Of a stretch of 64,000 bases of DNA, positions 1 through 13,529 are shown one piece after another. The position numbers were made by a program, and so were the translations under genes. Under the pieces are notes generated by a model. That model worked only from the letters and a program-made list of their open reading frames with translations, was not told the DNA's origin and searched no databases. Origin of the DNA: Alphaproteobacteria bacterium (lineage in GTDB: Bacteria; Pseudomonadota; Alphaproteobacteria; UBA828); NCBI GenBank assembly GCA_963422645.2, contig CAXXVO010000005.1:288001-352000 (forward strand). Reading direction: 5' to 3'. The first letter of the stretch is position 1; each line of letters starts with the position of its first letter.

Positions 1-1
1 C

Positions 2-946
2 TCGCACATGGGCCAGCTGCGGCTTGCCGGCGACGGTGCCGCCCAGGCGCTGGAGCGCCTCGTGCCGGGCGATATCGCTGGCCTCGCCCCCTGGGCCATG
101 CGTTACACCCAGTTCACCAACGAAGACGGCGGCATCCTCGACGACCTGCTTGTCACCCGCAGCGACGACGGGTTGATTCTCGTGGTAAACGCGTCCCGCA
201 AGGACGAGGACATCGCCCATCTCGAACGCCGGCTCGATGCCGGCGTTGACTTGACGGTGCTCAGTGAGCGCGGCCTCATCGCGCTGCAGGGGCCGAAGGC
301 GGCGGCGGTGCTGGAGCGCCACGCGCCGGGTTGCGCCGGGCTCGGCTTCATGACCGCCGGTTGGTTCACGGTGGGCGGCGCGGACGCGCTGATCTCACGC
401 TCGGGCTACACCGGCGAAGACGGCTTCGAGATATCGCCGCCCGCAAACCAGACCGCGGCGATTTGGCGGCGGCTCATCGCCGATCCCGAGGTCGAGCCGG
501 TAGGGCTCGGCGCCCGCGATTCGCTGCGCCTGGAGGCGGGGCTCTGCCTCTACGGCCACGACATCGACGAGACCACCACTCCGGTCCAGGCCGGGCTCGC
601 CTGGTCGATCGGCAAGCGCCGCCGGCAGGAGGGCGGCTTCCCCGGTGCCCCGCGCATTCAGCATGAGCTGGCGGAAGGCCCCCGGCGCCGGCGCGTCGGC
701 ATTCTGCCCGATGGCAAGGCCCCGGCGCGCGAAGGCACGGCGGTGCTGAACGCGGACGGCGGTGAAATCGGCATCGTCACCAGCGGCGGCTTCGGGCCGA
801 GCGCGGGCGGCCCCGTCGCCATGGGCTACGTCGCGGCCGACGCCGCCGAGATCGGCAGACCGGTATCGCTCCTGGTGCGGGGCAAGCCCCGGCCGGCGAC
901 CATCGTCAAGCTGCCCTTCGTCCCCCACAACTATCACCGAGGCTGA
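2..946 (+). CDS. gcvT: Glycine cleavage T protein (aminomethyltransferase), 5'-truncated by the window
   Basis: Opens within the SHMG motif; [13 protein letters not shown] and [18 protein letters not shown] motifs; followed by gcvH and gcvP. Confidence 0.97.
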   Translation, partial: SHMGQLRLAGDGAAQALERLVPGDIAGLAPWAMRYTQFTNEDGGILDDLLVTRSDDGLILVVNASRKDEDIAHLERRLDAGVDLTVLSERGLIALQGPKAAAVLERHAPGCAGLGFMTAGWFTVGGADALISRSGYTGEDGFEISPPANQTAAIWRRLIADPEVEPVGLGARDSLRLEAGLCLYGHDIDETTTPVQAGLAWSIGKRRRQEGGFPGAPRIQHELAEGPRRRRVGILPDGKAPAREGTAVLNADGGEIGIVTSGGFGPSAGGPVAMGYVAADAAEIGRPVSLLVRGKPRPATIVKLPFVPHNYHRG

Positions 947-959
947 GTCGGAGGATTCC

Positions 960-1343
960 ATGAGCGGGCTCAAGTACAGCAAGGAACACGAGTGGGTGCT
1001 GGTGGATGGCAATGTCGCCACCGTCGGCATCTCCGACTACGCGCAGGATCAGCTCGGCGACGTGGTCTACGTCGAGCTGCCGGAGGTGGGCCGAAGGGTC
1101 GCCCAGAACGAGGAGGCCGCCGTGGTCGAATCGGTCAAGGCCGCGAGCGAGGTCTATGCGCCGGTCTCGGGCGAGGTGGTCGAGGTCAACCAGGCGCTGG
1201 AAGACGACCCCGCGCTCGTCAACGGCGACCCGACCGGCGAGGGCTGGTTCCTCAAGCTCCGGCTGAGCGCGCCCGGCGAGCTGGACGGGCTGATGGACGA
1301 GGCGGCCTACGCCGACTTCGTCGGCGGGCTCGGCGACGATTAG
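960..1343 (+). CDS. gcvH: Glycine cleavage H protein
   Basis: ATG at 960 after GGAGGA; KYSKEHEW and lipoyl motif [13 protein letters not shown]. Confidence 0.97.
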   Translation: MSGLKYSKEHEWVLVDGNVATVGISDYAQDQLGDVVYVELPEVGRRVAQNEEAAVVESVKAASEVYAPVSGEVVEVNQALEDDPALVNGDPTGEGWFLKLRLSAPGELDGLMDEAAYADFVGGLGDD

Positions 1344-1369
1344 TTTCGTCGCTTGAATAGGCGACGAAA
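1344..1369. other. Intergenic hairpin between gcvH and gcvP
   Basis: TTTCGTCGC-N8-GCGACGAAA, perfect 9-bp stem; no U-tract on the + strand, so function is uncertain. Confidence 0.4.
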
Positions 1370-1431
1370 AGGCATTTGCGGGACGCGGCACCCATAAGCC
1401 GACGTCCGCCGACAGGGAAGGAACGACCGCG

Positions 1432-4326
<2,895 letters not shown>

Positions 4327-4596
4327 CGGGCGCGCCTCTCGTTCGTCTTCCGTCGTCATCCCCTGTGGACACAAAACGACCGCGCCCCTAATATGCGCGG
4401 GGCGACGCAAGGGAGGTAACTCGTGGGATGCCGCCCCCGTCACCGCTGCTATGCTGCGTCACCGGGGGCGGGCTTCTTTAGTCTATCCTAACAGGTGGTT
4501 GCAACCACACCGCTTCCTCCTTTCCGTTGGTTTCGTCCGGCGCGGCTTGGTAGGGCCGTGTGCGCCGAGCGCTCGAAGTACTTTGGCGGCGGGGGA

Positions 4597-5421
4597 TCAA
4601 TACTCATCCTCCGCCGCTCTTGCCTTACCCGGTTGACCCTCGACGGTTATTGCCCCTTCGCCCTGATAAATGAGGTCGAAGCACGTAGCCGCAGCCTTTA
4701 GCCATGCTACGCGCCCCTCTATGGACCACACCGTGTTTGGGCTGGGAAGGGTTTGTAGCAAGCCCTCGACGAACGGATGTCGAGTTCCACCACCGCCGCC
4801 GTTTTCGGCACGCCTTGGTGGATCGTCAATTTCATTGGGCGGTTGCGGCGGCGGCGCTCCCTTATTCTCAGCGAAGCCGGGTTTCACCAATCGATTCCTG
4901 CCTTGGTTGAAATACCCGGCAGATTGCGCTGACCGCTCAAATGATGACCGAGCCTTTCCGGTCTGCTTTTGGGCAACGCCTAGAACATGGAACTCTCGTT
5001 CAAGTGCGGCGGCTGGAGGAAGAGAATTGCCGCGATACTTCTCAAACACGGCGCGGAATAGAGGTACCTCTAAGAACGCCTCCACCTTTGCCGCACTCGC
5101 CTGAGAAGAGTCCACGATCCTTAGACCAAGGTCGGTCAGCTTATGAACTCCATGAGATTGACTCTCAATCAGGCCAAACATTTTGGATGCGTAGACGCGC
5201 AGTCGATAGCTGCTGCTCTTTTGGCTTGATGAGAGCCAAGGGGCGAGCTGATCGTCTGCACACTCGCCGGCACTCACATTCTTGTGGATAGCGGAGGCTA
5301 GCTCCACCGCCTCATCCAGGGTCTGGTATGGGAAACCGATGCTGGACCGCTCTCGCTTGGTCTCGCTCCGTTCCGCTTTGGCTCCCGAGATGGGCTCTTG
5401 CCCTTGTGCCGAACCATCCAT
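4597..5421 (-). CDS. Hypothetical protein, possible winged-helix N-terminus, AT-richer than neighbours
   Basis: 274-aa ORF with globular composition (FPYQTLDEAVELA...FGLI...LTDLG) filling the gap between gcvP and the adenosyltransferase gene. Confidence 0.75.
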   Translation of the reverse strand: MDGSAQGQEPISGAKAERSETKRERSSIGFPYQTLDEAVELASAIHKNVSAGECADDQLAPWLSSSQKSSSYRLRVYASKMFGLIESQSHGVHKLTDLGLRIVDSSQASAAKVEAFLEVPLFRAVFEKYRGNSLPPAAALEREFHVLGVAQKQTGKARSSFERSAQSAGYFNQGRNRLVKPGFAENKGAPPPQPPNEIDDPPRRAENGGGGGTRHPFVEGLLQTLPSPNTVWSIEGRVAWLKAAATCFDLIYQGEGAITVEGQPGKARAAEDEY

Positions 5422-5574
5422 CTGGTTGCCGCCTTTCCGATCTAGTGGTTAGTGCCTCGGCTCAGCGTGCGACTCTATTGGATAGTGGCGGATAGCGCAA
5501 GCCCTGTTGAAGGGGTGCGGATAGGAATGTGGATATGACCGGATATGGCGCTCCCACCCGCCTTTGCGGGCGCC

Positions 5575-6129
5575 CTACCTGTTGGCGCCGGGGACCCAGA
5601 GGGTGTCGGTGGCGCCGTCGTCGTTGAGGTGGCGGGCGAGCACGAAGAGGTGGTCGGAAAGCCGGTTGGCGTAGATTACCGCCAGCGGATTGACCGGCTC
5701 CTGCTCAGCCAGCGCCGTGATCAGCCGCTCGGCGCGGCGGACCACCGTGCGCGCGAGGTGAAGGGCGGCCGCAGCCCGGCTGCCGCCGGGCAGGACGAAT
5801 GACTCGAGCGGCTTCAAGCGCTCGTTGAGGGCATCGATCTCGCTTTCCAGCCGGTCAATCTGCGACTGGACGATGCGCAAGCCTTCGTCGAGCGAGCCCG
5901 GCCGGCAGAGGTCCGCGCCGAGGTCGAAGAGGTCGTTCTGGATGCGCTCCAGCATCGCATCCGCCTCGCCCTCGGTCTCCAGCCGCGCGAGGCCGATCGC
6001 CGCGTTCGCCTCGTCCACCGTGCCGTAGGCCTCGACGCGGGCGTCGTGCTTCTTCACACGCGCGCCGCCGCCGAGCGAGGTCTCCCCCGCATCGCCGCCA
6101 CGGGTATAGATCTTGGTGAGTCGGACCAC
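5575..6129 (-). CDS. Cob(I)alamin adenosyltransferase, PduO type
   Basis: KIYTRGGDAGETSL, EAYGTVDEAN, ARTVVRRAER, NRLSDHLF motifs. Confidence 0.95.
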   Translation of the reverse strand: MVRLTKIYTRGGDAGETSLGGGARVKKHDARVEAYGTVDEANAAIGLARLETEGEADAMLERIQNDLFDLGADLCRPGSLDEGLRIVQSQIDRLESEIDALNERLKPLESFVLPGGSRAAAALHLARTVVRRAERLITALAEQEPVNPLAVIYANRLSDHLFVLARHLNDDGATDTLWVPGANR

Positions 6130-6132
6130 GGC

Positions 6133-6327
6133 CTACTTCTGGACGACGAACACCAGGAGCGCGAGCAGCGCGATCGCCGCGAACTGGAGCCCGACCCGCC
6201 AGCGCATGAAATGGTTGCTCTTGCTGTTCTTGCCGCCGGAATACATGGCGCCGAGCCCCATCACGAGTGCGACCACGACCGCACCCATCAGGACGTAGAC
6301 GACGATTTCGAGAATTTCGGCCAGCAT
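6133..6327 (-). CDS. Twin-transmembrane-helix small protein (HIG1-like)
   Basis: Two hydrophobic helices around SNHFMRWRVGLQF; typical neighbour of PduO-type genes in alphaproteobacteria; ATG at 6327. Confidence 0.85.
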   Translation of the reverse strand: MLAEILEIVVYVLMGAVVVALVMGLGAMYSGGKNSKSNHFMRWRVGLQFAAIALLALLVFVVQK

Positions 6328-6482
6328 GGCAGTCCTCGCGGCCCCCGGGCCGGCAATGAATCCGTCCCTCGGCAGGTTATAGCGCGTCCCGCCGGTGCTG
6401 CCCACGACCTTCGCGCATGGTTGGCCCTATAGTGACCGGAACCCTTATCCGAGAGAGAAAGCGAGAGAGGAGCGAACAAGCC

Positions 6483-7511
6483 ATGGCGGACACCAACTGG
6501 CGCAATCGCAAGACCCTGATTCTCAGCCGCAGCGAAATGGTCGGCCTGCTCGAGCCTGAGGAGTATGTCCGCTGCGTGGAGACAGCCTTCCGGCGCATGG
6601 GGGAAGGCCGCGTCTACATGGAGCCTAAGGGTCATATCGTGCTGGACAAGTATCCGGGCGAGTGGGAGATCATGCCCTCCTACATCGAGGAGCCGGAGGC
6701 CGCACCCGCCGCCGCGTGCAAGTGGGTCTCCATCCGTTTCGAGAACCGCGCCAGGTTCAATCTCCCCACCGTGTTCTCGATCCTGATCTACACCGAGCCC
6801 GAGACCGGCTTCCCGCTCGCCATCGTGGACGGCACCCATCACACCCTGATGCGCACCGGCGCGTCCGGCGCAGTCTCCGCGAGATGGATGGCGCGCGAGG
6901 GCTCCTCCGTCCTTGCCCTGGTCGGCGCCGGCGACGTGAACACCGGCGCCTTCCGCACCTGCGTCGCCACGCATGACTGGAAGGAGGTTCGGGTCTGGAG
7001 CCGGACCCAGGCGACGCTGGATGCGTTCATGGCGAGCGAGCAGCCAAACCATCCCGATCTCGTGATCAAGCCGTCCACCCTTCTCCAAGATGTCGTGCCG
7101 GGCGCCGATGTCGTCGTCACCGGGACGACAGGCGAGACGCCGGTCCTCGGCAACGAACTGATCGAGGACGGCATGCACATCGCAGCCCTCGGCGGCGGTC
7201 TTGCGGGCACGCAGGAGCTCGATGTCGCGATCCTGCAGCGCTCTCGAATCATCGTCGACGACATGCGCCAGTGCGTCACCGACGGCGAGATCAACGTGCC
7301 GCTGACCAAGGGCGAGCTGCGGGAGAGCGACGTGGCGGGCGATATCGGCGAGGTGATCACGGGCAAGATCCCTGGGCGCACGTCTGCGAGCGAGGTCACG
7401 CTCTTCGATTCGACGGGAATCGCGCTCCAGGATTCCGCGACTCTGCCGCTCGAATACGAACGCGCCATCGCGGCAGGCGTGGGCATCGAAAAGAAGATGA
7501 TTTCGACGTGA
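6483..7511 (+). CDS. Ornithine cyclodeaminase / mu-crystallin family protein
   Basis: GFPLAIVDGTHHTLMRTGA, Rossmann VGAG, TLFDSTGIALQD; ATG at 6483. Confidence 0.92.
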   Translation: MADTNWRNRKTLILSRSEMVGLLEPEEYVRCVETAFRRMGEGRVYMEPKGHIVLDKYPGEWEIMPSYIEEPEAAPAAACKWVSIRFENRARFNLPTVFSILIYTEPETGFPLAIVDGTHHTLMRTGASGAVSARWMAREGSSVLALVGAGDVNTGAFRTCVATHDWKEVRVWSRTQATLDAFMASEQPNHPDLVIKPSTLLQDVVPGADVVVTGTTGETPVLGNELIEDGMHIAALGGGLAGTQELDVAILQRSRIIVDDMRQCVTDGEINVPLTKGELRESDVAGDIGEVITGKIPGRTSASEVTLFDSTGIALQDSATLPLEYERAIAAGVGIEKKMIST

Positions 7512-7632
7512 GCGCGGCGGGAGCGGCAGCCCGTTCGGTAACGGGTCTCGATCGCACCGGCCGCGCCTTGTGCCGGGCGAAGCGCGCCGCCATGATCCGC
7601 GCGTCTTTCAACAGGCTTGGCGGGGAGAGAGC

Positions 7633-8289
7633 GTGAGTGCCCTGACGGGACCGGAACGGCCGCCGGCGGGCGGCGGTCAGCCGCGCAAGCTGGTCCTGCT
7701 ACTGCATGGCCTCGGTGCCGACGGCAACGACCTGATCGGCCTCGCCGAGCCCTGGGGGCGGCTCGTGCCTCACGCCTGCTTCGCCGCGCCGGACGCGCCG
7801 GAGCCCTGCGACATGGCACCCACGGGGCGCCAGTGGTTCAGCCTGAGCGACCGTTCGCCCGAGAGCATGGCCGACGGCGTCGCCCGCGCAGCAGACGCGC
7901 TCAACGCCGATATCGACGCGCGGCTCGCGGCGCTCGGGCTCGGCGAGCAGGATCTCGCACTGGTGGGCTTCAGCCAGGGCACGATGATGTCGCTCCACGT
8001 CGCCTACCGCCGCGCCGCACCCTGCGCGGGCGTGTTGGGTTTCTCCGGCCGCCTCGTGGGCGGTGAGCACCTGAAGAGCGCGCTGCGCGCCAGGCCGCCG
8101 GCCTTGCTGATTCATGGCGACGCGGACGATTTGGTGCCCGTGGGCGCGCTCTTCGAGGCGGCGACCCTCCTCGGCGCCTGCGACGTGCCGGTGCAATGGC
8201 ACGTGAGCCGGGGCATCGGCCACGGCATCGCGCAGGACGGGCTGGAGTTCGGCGGACGCTTCCTCCGCGACATCCTGGGCGAAGGCTGA
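7633..8289 (+). CDS. Phospholipase/carboxylesterase (alpha/beta hydrolase)
   Basis: LHGLGADGNDL, nucleophile GFSQG, HGDADDLVP, GHGI; GTG at 7633 after GGAGAG. Confidence 0.92.
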   Translation: MSALTGPERPPAGGGQPRKLVLLLHGLGADGNDLIGLAEPWGRLVPHACFAAPDAPEPCDMAPTGRQWFSLSDRSPESMADGVARAADALNADIDARLAALGLGEQDLALVGFSQGTMMSLHVAYRRAAPCAGVLGFSGRLVGGEHLKSALRARPPALLIHGDADDLVPVGALFEAATLLGACDVPVQWHVSRGIGHGIAQDGLEFGGRFLRDILGEG

Positions 8290-8414
8290 ACGCCGCGCTG
8301 GAGCGTGTCCGTCGTTGACGGACGCGCGACAGGCCGCGACCGCGGCCCGCCGCTTTGCGGCGCCCTCGCGGAGGTGCCGGCCGCAGGCCGGCTACCGTGA
8401 GCGATAAAGTGAGT

Positions 8415-8443
8415 GAGCGTTTCCGGGTGAAACGGAAACGCTC
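8415..8443. repeat. Palindromic intergenic repeat, copy 1
   Basis: GAGCGTTTCCG-GGTGAAA-CGGAAACGCTC, 11-bp stem between convergent genes; 25/29 identical to the copy at 15828-15856. Confidence 0.7.
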
Positions 8444-8450
8444 GACGGCC

Positions 8451-9692
8451 TCAGTCGAGGCCGATGTCGCTCTCTCGCAATGCCGAGACCGCCTCGTCAT
8501 CGAGGTCGAGCCAGTCGCGCAGGACCGTATCAGCGTCCTCGCCCAGCATCGGAGCCGCGCGCGGATAGTCGACCGGCGTCTCCGAGAACTTGATCGGGTT
8601 GGCGGGGTAGTCCACCTCGACGCCGAGGCTGTGCGGGATGCTCACCTTCATGCCGCGGGCCTCGACTTGCGGGTTGGCGAAGACCCGGTCGAGGGTGTTG
8701 ATCGGCCCGCAGGGCACACCCACTGGCTCCAGCACCGCGCTCCACTCGTCCATGGTGCGCTCGCGGGTGATGTCGTTCAGCGTGGCGATCAGCTCCACGC
8801 GGTTCTGCAGCCGGCCGATATTGGTCGCGAAGCGGGGGTCGTCGGGAATCTCCGGGTGGCCGGCCACGTCGCAGAACTTGCGAAGCTGGCTGTTGTTGCC
8901 GATGGCGAGCGCAAAGAACCCGTCGCGGGTGGGGAAGACCCCGTAAGGCACGATGTTCTGATGCTCGTTGCCGGCGCGCCCCGGCGCCTCGCCCCCGATC
9001 AGGTAGTTCATGGCCTGGTTGGCGAGCCACGCCACTTGCGTGTCGAGCAGCGCGAGGTCGATATGCTGGCCGCGCCCAGTGCGCTCGCGGCTGGCATGCG
9101 CGGCGAGGATCGCGGTCGCCGCGTACATGCCGGTCATCAGGTCGGCGGCGGCGACGCCCACCTTCTGCGGGCCGCCGCCGGGCAGGTCGTCACGCTCGCC
9201 GGTGATGCTCATGATCCCGCCCATGGCCTGGGCGATCAGATCGTAGCCGGTGCGGTGCGCATAGGGCCCCGACTGGCCGAAGCCCGTGATCGAGCAGTAG
9301 ATGAGGCGTGGATTGACGTCGCTGAGCGAGGCATAGTCGAGGCCGTACTTGGCGAGCCCGCCCACCTTATAGTTCTCGATCAGGACATCCGCGCATTCGA
9401 CGAGCCGCTTCACCACGGCCTGCCCCTCGGGCGCGGCGAAGTCGAGGGTGATCGAGCGCTTCCCCCGGTTGGCGGACATGTAATAGGCGGCATCGGTGGT
9501 CTCGGCCCCCGAAGCGTCGCGCAGGAAGGGCGGCCCCCAGCCGCGCGTGTCGTCGCCCACGCCGGGCCGCTCGACCTTGACCACGTCGGCGCCGAAATCG
9601 GCCAGCAACTGGCCCGCCCAGGGGCCCGCGAGGATGCGGCTCAAGTCGAGCACCTTGAGGCCCGCGAGCGGGCCGGATCTGTCTTGATTCAT
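8451..9692 (-). CDS. CaiB/BaiF (class III) CoA-transferase
   Basis: LAGLKVLDLSRILAGPW, NRGKRSITLD, GYDLIAQAMGG. Confidence 0.95.
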   Translation of the reverse strand: MNQDRSGPLAGLKVLDLSRILAGPWAGQLLADFGADVVKVERPGVGDDTRGWGPPFLRDASGAETTDAAYYMSANRGKRSITLDFAAPEGQAVVKRLVECADVLIENYKVGGLAKYGLDYASLSDVNPRLIYCSITGFGQSGPYAHRTGYDLIAQAMGGIMSITGERDDLPGGGPQKVGVAAADLMTGMYAATAILAAHASRERTGRGQHIDLALLDTQVAWLANQAMNYLIGGEAPGRAGNEHQNIVPYGVFPTRDGFFALAIGNNSQLRKFCDVAGHPEIPDDPRFATNIGRLQNRVELIATLNDITRERTMDEWSAVLEPVGVPCGPINTLDRVFANPQVEARGMKVSIPHSLGVEVDYPANPIKFSETPVDYPRAAPMLGEDADTVLRDWLDLDDEAVSALRESDIGLD

Positions 9693-9701
9693 GGATGCTA
9701 C

Positions 9702-10265
9702 CTAGTCTCGGTCAGCGCCGCCCGCGAAACTCTCCAGCGCTTGGAGGTTCTCCCGCGTGGTGTTGTCGAGGGCGATGCCATGAGCGTCCGCCGCGCGGGC
9801 GGCGCGGTGCACGATCCGCTCGAACCCCTCGATCTGCGAATCGATCCTGAGGCTCCGGCGCCCGGCCTTGAGGGTGAGCTGCATCCAGCCGCGATCGCGG
9901 TTTCGCCTGGTGGAGTAGTAGCCGAGGGTGCAGCGGGTCAGCCGCTCCCACGGCAGGTGCCGGCGAAGGACGCCGTGCACGGTGATGCCGTCCTCGCCCA
10001 CGCTGAGCCATGTGCGGTGCCTGAGCACAGTGCGGACACCGTAAACGGCAAAGAGCGCGGCGAGCGCGCTGAGAATCCACGCCGCGGGGCCCGACGGCGC
10101 CGTGCCCGCCATCGGGCCTACGGTGAAGAGCAGGCCGAGGCCCGAATAGAAATAGTCGAGCAGGACCGCGCGTGGCGGGTAGCGGTGGCGGCTCTCGCCC
10201 GCCTCCGCCGCCTGAGGGCTGTCGGACGCGCTCTCGGGCAGGGCCTCGTGCACAGGCGCGCTCAC
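9702..10265 (-). CDS. Hypothetical membrane protein (two TM helices plus possible bacterial PH-like domain)
   Basis: GTG at 10265 overlaps the ligase TGA (GTGA); hydrophobic helices then VGEDGITV...LPWERL. Confidence 0.7.
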   Translation of the reverse strand: MSAPVHEALPESASDSPQAAEAGESRHRYPPRAVLLDYFYSGLGLLFTVGPMAGTAPSGPAAWILSALAALFAVYGVRTVLRHRTWLSVGEDGITVHGVLRRHLPWERLTRCTLGYYSTRRNRDRGWMQLTLKAGRRSLRIDSQIEGFERIVHRAARAADAHGIALDNTTRENLQALESFAGGADRD

Positions 10266-11641
10266 CGGGAGGACCCCAGCCGCTCGCGCCTGATGCGCAC
10301 GCCTGCGGCCTCGCGGTCCCAACTGTCCGCCGTGATGCCCTCTGCGCGCAGCCTGTGCTTCTCGATCTTCTCGGTCGGCGTCTTGGGCAGGACGTCGACA
10401 ATGCGCACGTAGCGCGGAATCATGAAGTGGGCGAGGCGCGGCTCGAGGAATTCCAGCAGCGCTGCCGGGTCGAGCTCCTGCCCCGGCTGCAGCGCGACCA
10501 CCGCCATGACCTCGTCCTCGCCGAGCTCGCTCGGCACCGGCACCGACGCGGCCTCGCGCACCGCCGGGTGCGCCGCAACCTCGGTCTCCACCTCCAGGGA
10601 CGAGATGTTCTCGCCGCGCCGGCGGATCGTGTCCTTCAGGCGGTCGACGAAGTAGAGGTTGCCGTCCTCGTCCACGCGGCCGGCATCGCCGGTGTGGAAC
10701 CAGCCGTTGCGCCACGCCCGCGCGGTCGCCTCCGGCTCCTTGTAGTATCCGTGGTTGATCGCCCACGGGGTGTCCGCCCGCACCACGATCTCGCCGACCG
10801 CGCCCGTCGGCACCTCGCAGTCGTTGGCATCGACCACGCGAAGCTCGCAGCCCGGCCGCACCCGCCCCGCGCTCCCCGGCACGGTCATGGGCACGGTCGT
10901 CATCACCGGGCAGCAGAGCTCGGTCATGTTGTAGATCGAATAGACCTCCAGGCCGAAGCGCTCCATGAACGCGTCTACATCGTTCACCAGCGGCACCATG
11001 CCGACCGTGCGCAAGGGATGATCGCGGTCGTCCGGTCTGGGCGGCTCCTTCTCCAGGAACTGCGCCATGACGCCCAGCAGGAACACCGAGGTGACCCCGG
11101 TGCGGCGCACGGTGTCCCAGAACGCCTGCGTCTTGAAATGCTCGACCAGCGTGATCGAGGCATGCTGGCAGAGCATGGCGTAGGCGATGGTCGCGCCGCC
11201 GAGGTGGAAGAGCGGCAGGCTGATGAGGTAGCGGTCCTCCGGCGTGATGAACCGCCAGGTGTCGGGCCCGAAATTCGAGAACGCGTGGCAGTAGGAGCTG
11301 AGCACCGCCTTCGACGGCCCCGTGGTGCCGGAGGTGAAGATGATCGATTGCGTGTCCCAGGGCTCGATCGGCCGCTCCAGCGGGCCGAGCGACCCGCCCT
11401 CAGGGTGAAGCGCCGCCTCGTCCAGGACCCTGAGGTCGTCGATGGCGGGCGGTAGGCCGCCGACGGCCACCAGGGTCTCCAGGCTGGCGCGTCCGATGCT
11501 GACGAGCCTCGGCGCGAGCTCCGCGTGGGCAACCATGATGCTGGCGTCGGAGCGCGCCACCACGTGCTCCAGCACCCGGCCCTTGTAGGCCGTGTTGATG
11601 GGCACGTAGACGGCGCCCAGATAGTTCGAGCCCAGGAAGAC

Positions 11642-13529
11642 GTAACTGCCCAGGTCGTCTGATTTGTCATTTTGGGCCAGTGGATTGAGGCGTTTCTCGT
11701 TCGGAGTTGGTGGAAAGGGCTTGACGGGAATTTCGGGAAATGACTCAACAACGACATGAGCAATCCCGAGTCGCCGCGCGGCCCTTCGACGGGAGCAGCG
11801 CCCGAAACGCCCGCGCAGAAGATCGCCCGCCTGGAGGAGGAGAACGCCCGGCTTCGGGAGGAAAATGCCTGGCTTCGGCAGCAGAACGCGCGGCTGGAAG
11901 AGCAAGTCGCGCGTCTCGTCGAGCGCATCGAGGAGTTGGAGCGCCGTCTCGGCCTCAACAGCGGCAACAGCGGCAAGCCGCCTTCGAGCGATGGGCTGAG
12001 GAAGCCGAATTCGAAGCGGCGAACCCGAAGCCTGCGCGGCAAATCGGGCCGCAAGCCCGGTGGCCAGCCCGGCCACAAGGGCAAGACGCTGCGCCGCGCC
12101 GATCACCCGGATCGGGTGAAGGATCACGTCCCGGCTTCCTGCAAGGGATGCGGTTCGCCGCTTTCGGACGCGGCCAGGGCGGGAACGCCCGTCGCCCGCC
12201 AGGTGTTCGATCTGCCCGAGCCGAGCCCCCTGGAGGTGACCGAGCACCGGGCGCATGCCAAGTGCTGCGGGCATTGCGGGACGGTGACCCGGGCGGCGTT
12301 CCCCGACGGGGTGTCGGCGCCGGTGCAGTACGGCCCGCGCATTGCCGGGGTGGCGGTCTACCTTCAGCACGCTCACTTCCTGCCGGAGGATCGGCTGTCG
12401 CAGGTGATGGCCGAGCTCTTCGGCGCGCCGGTGACGGCTGCGACGTTGGCGACGATGAGCGAGAGGGCGGCCGAGCGGCTGCGGGACGCGGCCTTGCACA
12501 TACAGGACCTGGCGGCGGGCACGGCGCGGGTGAAACACATGGACGAGACCGGCTTGCGGATCGGCGGTCAGACGCAGTGGCTTCATGTGATCTGCACGCC
12601 GCTGCTGGCGGCGTACCGGGTCAGCGGCAAGCGCGGCGCCCTGCTCTCGGGTGTCTCCGGCATCGTCGTGCACGATCACTGGAAGCCGTACTTCGCGATG
12701 GAAGGGGTGGAGCACGGCCTGTGCAACGCCCATCACCTGCGGGAGTTGCAGGCGCTGGTGGACATCGAAGGGGAGGCTTGGGCCCGGCGGATGCAGCAGC
12801 TCCTGCGCCGAGCCAATCGCGCCGCCCGCATCGCGCTGGACAAGGATATCGCCGTTCCGGCGAGGCTTGTGGCGCTGATCGAGCGCCGATACGACGAGAT
12901 CATCGCCGATGCGCTGGCCTTTCACGAGAGCCAACCACCGTTCTCGCCTGGCAAGAGGAAGAAGCGCCGGAAGCGAAGGATCGGTCACAATCTGGCCTTG
13001 AGGCTGCGCGACCACAAATGCGCGGTGCTCCGGTTCCTGATCGACCTCGAGGTCGGGTTCACGAACAACGAGGCCGAGCGCGACCTTCGGATGATGAAGC
13101 TGCGCCAGAAGATCTCCGGGGGCTTCCGGTCCGCGCAGGGGGCCGAGAACTTCGCCATCCTGCGCAGCGTCATCACCACCGCCAGAAAGCAGGGCTGGAA
13201 TATCATCGAAGCCCTGACCAGCCCATCGGATCGGCTCATCGCCACCGTCAAGTGCGCGTAAGCTCACCTGGCACGGGTTCTCCAACAGCGGAGCCATTCT
13301 CATAAACGATCATGGTCGACGCCGTGCTGGACCACCCCATAGAATGAAAATCGGTGCCCGTCGCGCGGGCGGACTTCGGGCCACATCGGGGTAGCTTACC
13401 GGTCGCAGTCCGCAAGAGGGGCATCGTGAGCTGTGAAACCCGGCGACCACAGAGGAGCACACGGGCGTCGCGTGGGTAGCGTTGTGCCGAATCCCAGAGA
13501 ATTTTCACAGCAAGAACCTGGGCAGTTAC
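11642..13529 (+). mobile_element. IS66-family element, single-ORF (ISBst12-like) type
   Basis: Perfect 14-bp IRs GTAACTGCCCAGGT (11642-11655, 13516-13529); 8-bp TSD AGGAAGAC (11634-11641, 13530-13537). Confidence 0.95.
11756..13261 (+). CDS. tnpC: IS66 DDE transposase
   Basis: Coiled coil, NSGKPPSSD, GGQPGHKG, Cys pairs, HMDETG, VHDHW, TNNEAERDLR. Confidence 0.95.
   Translation: MSNPESPRGPSTGAAPETPAQKIARLEEENARLREENAWLRQQNARLEEQVARLVERIEELERRLGLNSGNSGKPPSSDGLRKPNSKRRTRSLRGKSGRKPGGQPGHKGKTLRRADHPDRVKDHVPASCKGCGSPLSDAARAGTPVARQVFDLPEPSPLEVTEHRAHAKCCGHCGTVTRAAFPDGVSAPVQYGPRIAGVAVYLQHAHFLPEDRLSQVMAELFGAPVTAATLATMSERAAERLRDAALHIQDLAAGTARVKHMDETGLRIGGQTQWLHVICTPLLAAYRVSGKRGALLSGVSGIVVHDHWKPYFAMEGVEHGLCNAHHLRELQALVDIEGEAWARRMQQLLRRANRAARIALDKDIAVPARLVALIERRYDEIIADALAFHESQPPFSPGKRKKRRKRRIGHNLALRLRDHKCAVLRFLIDLEVGFTNNEAERDLRMMKLRQKISGGFRSAQGAENFAILRSVITTARKQGWNIIEALTSPSDRLIATVKCA

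Noticed and set aside
10262-13303. 1013-aa minus-strand ORF
   Set aside because: Antisense shadow of the IS66 transposase running in frame into the 3' half of the broken ligase; not a real fusion gene.
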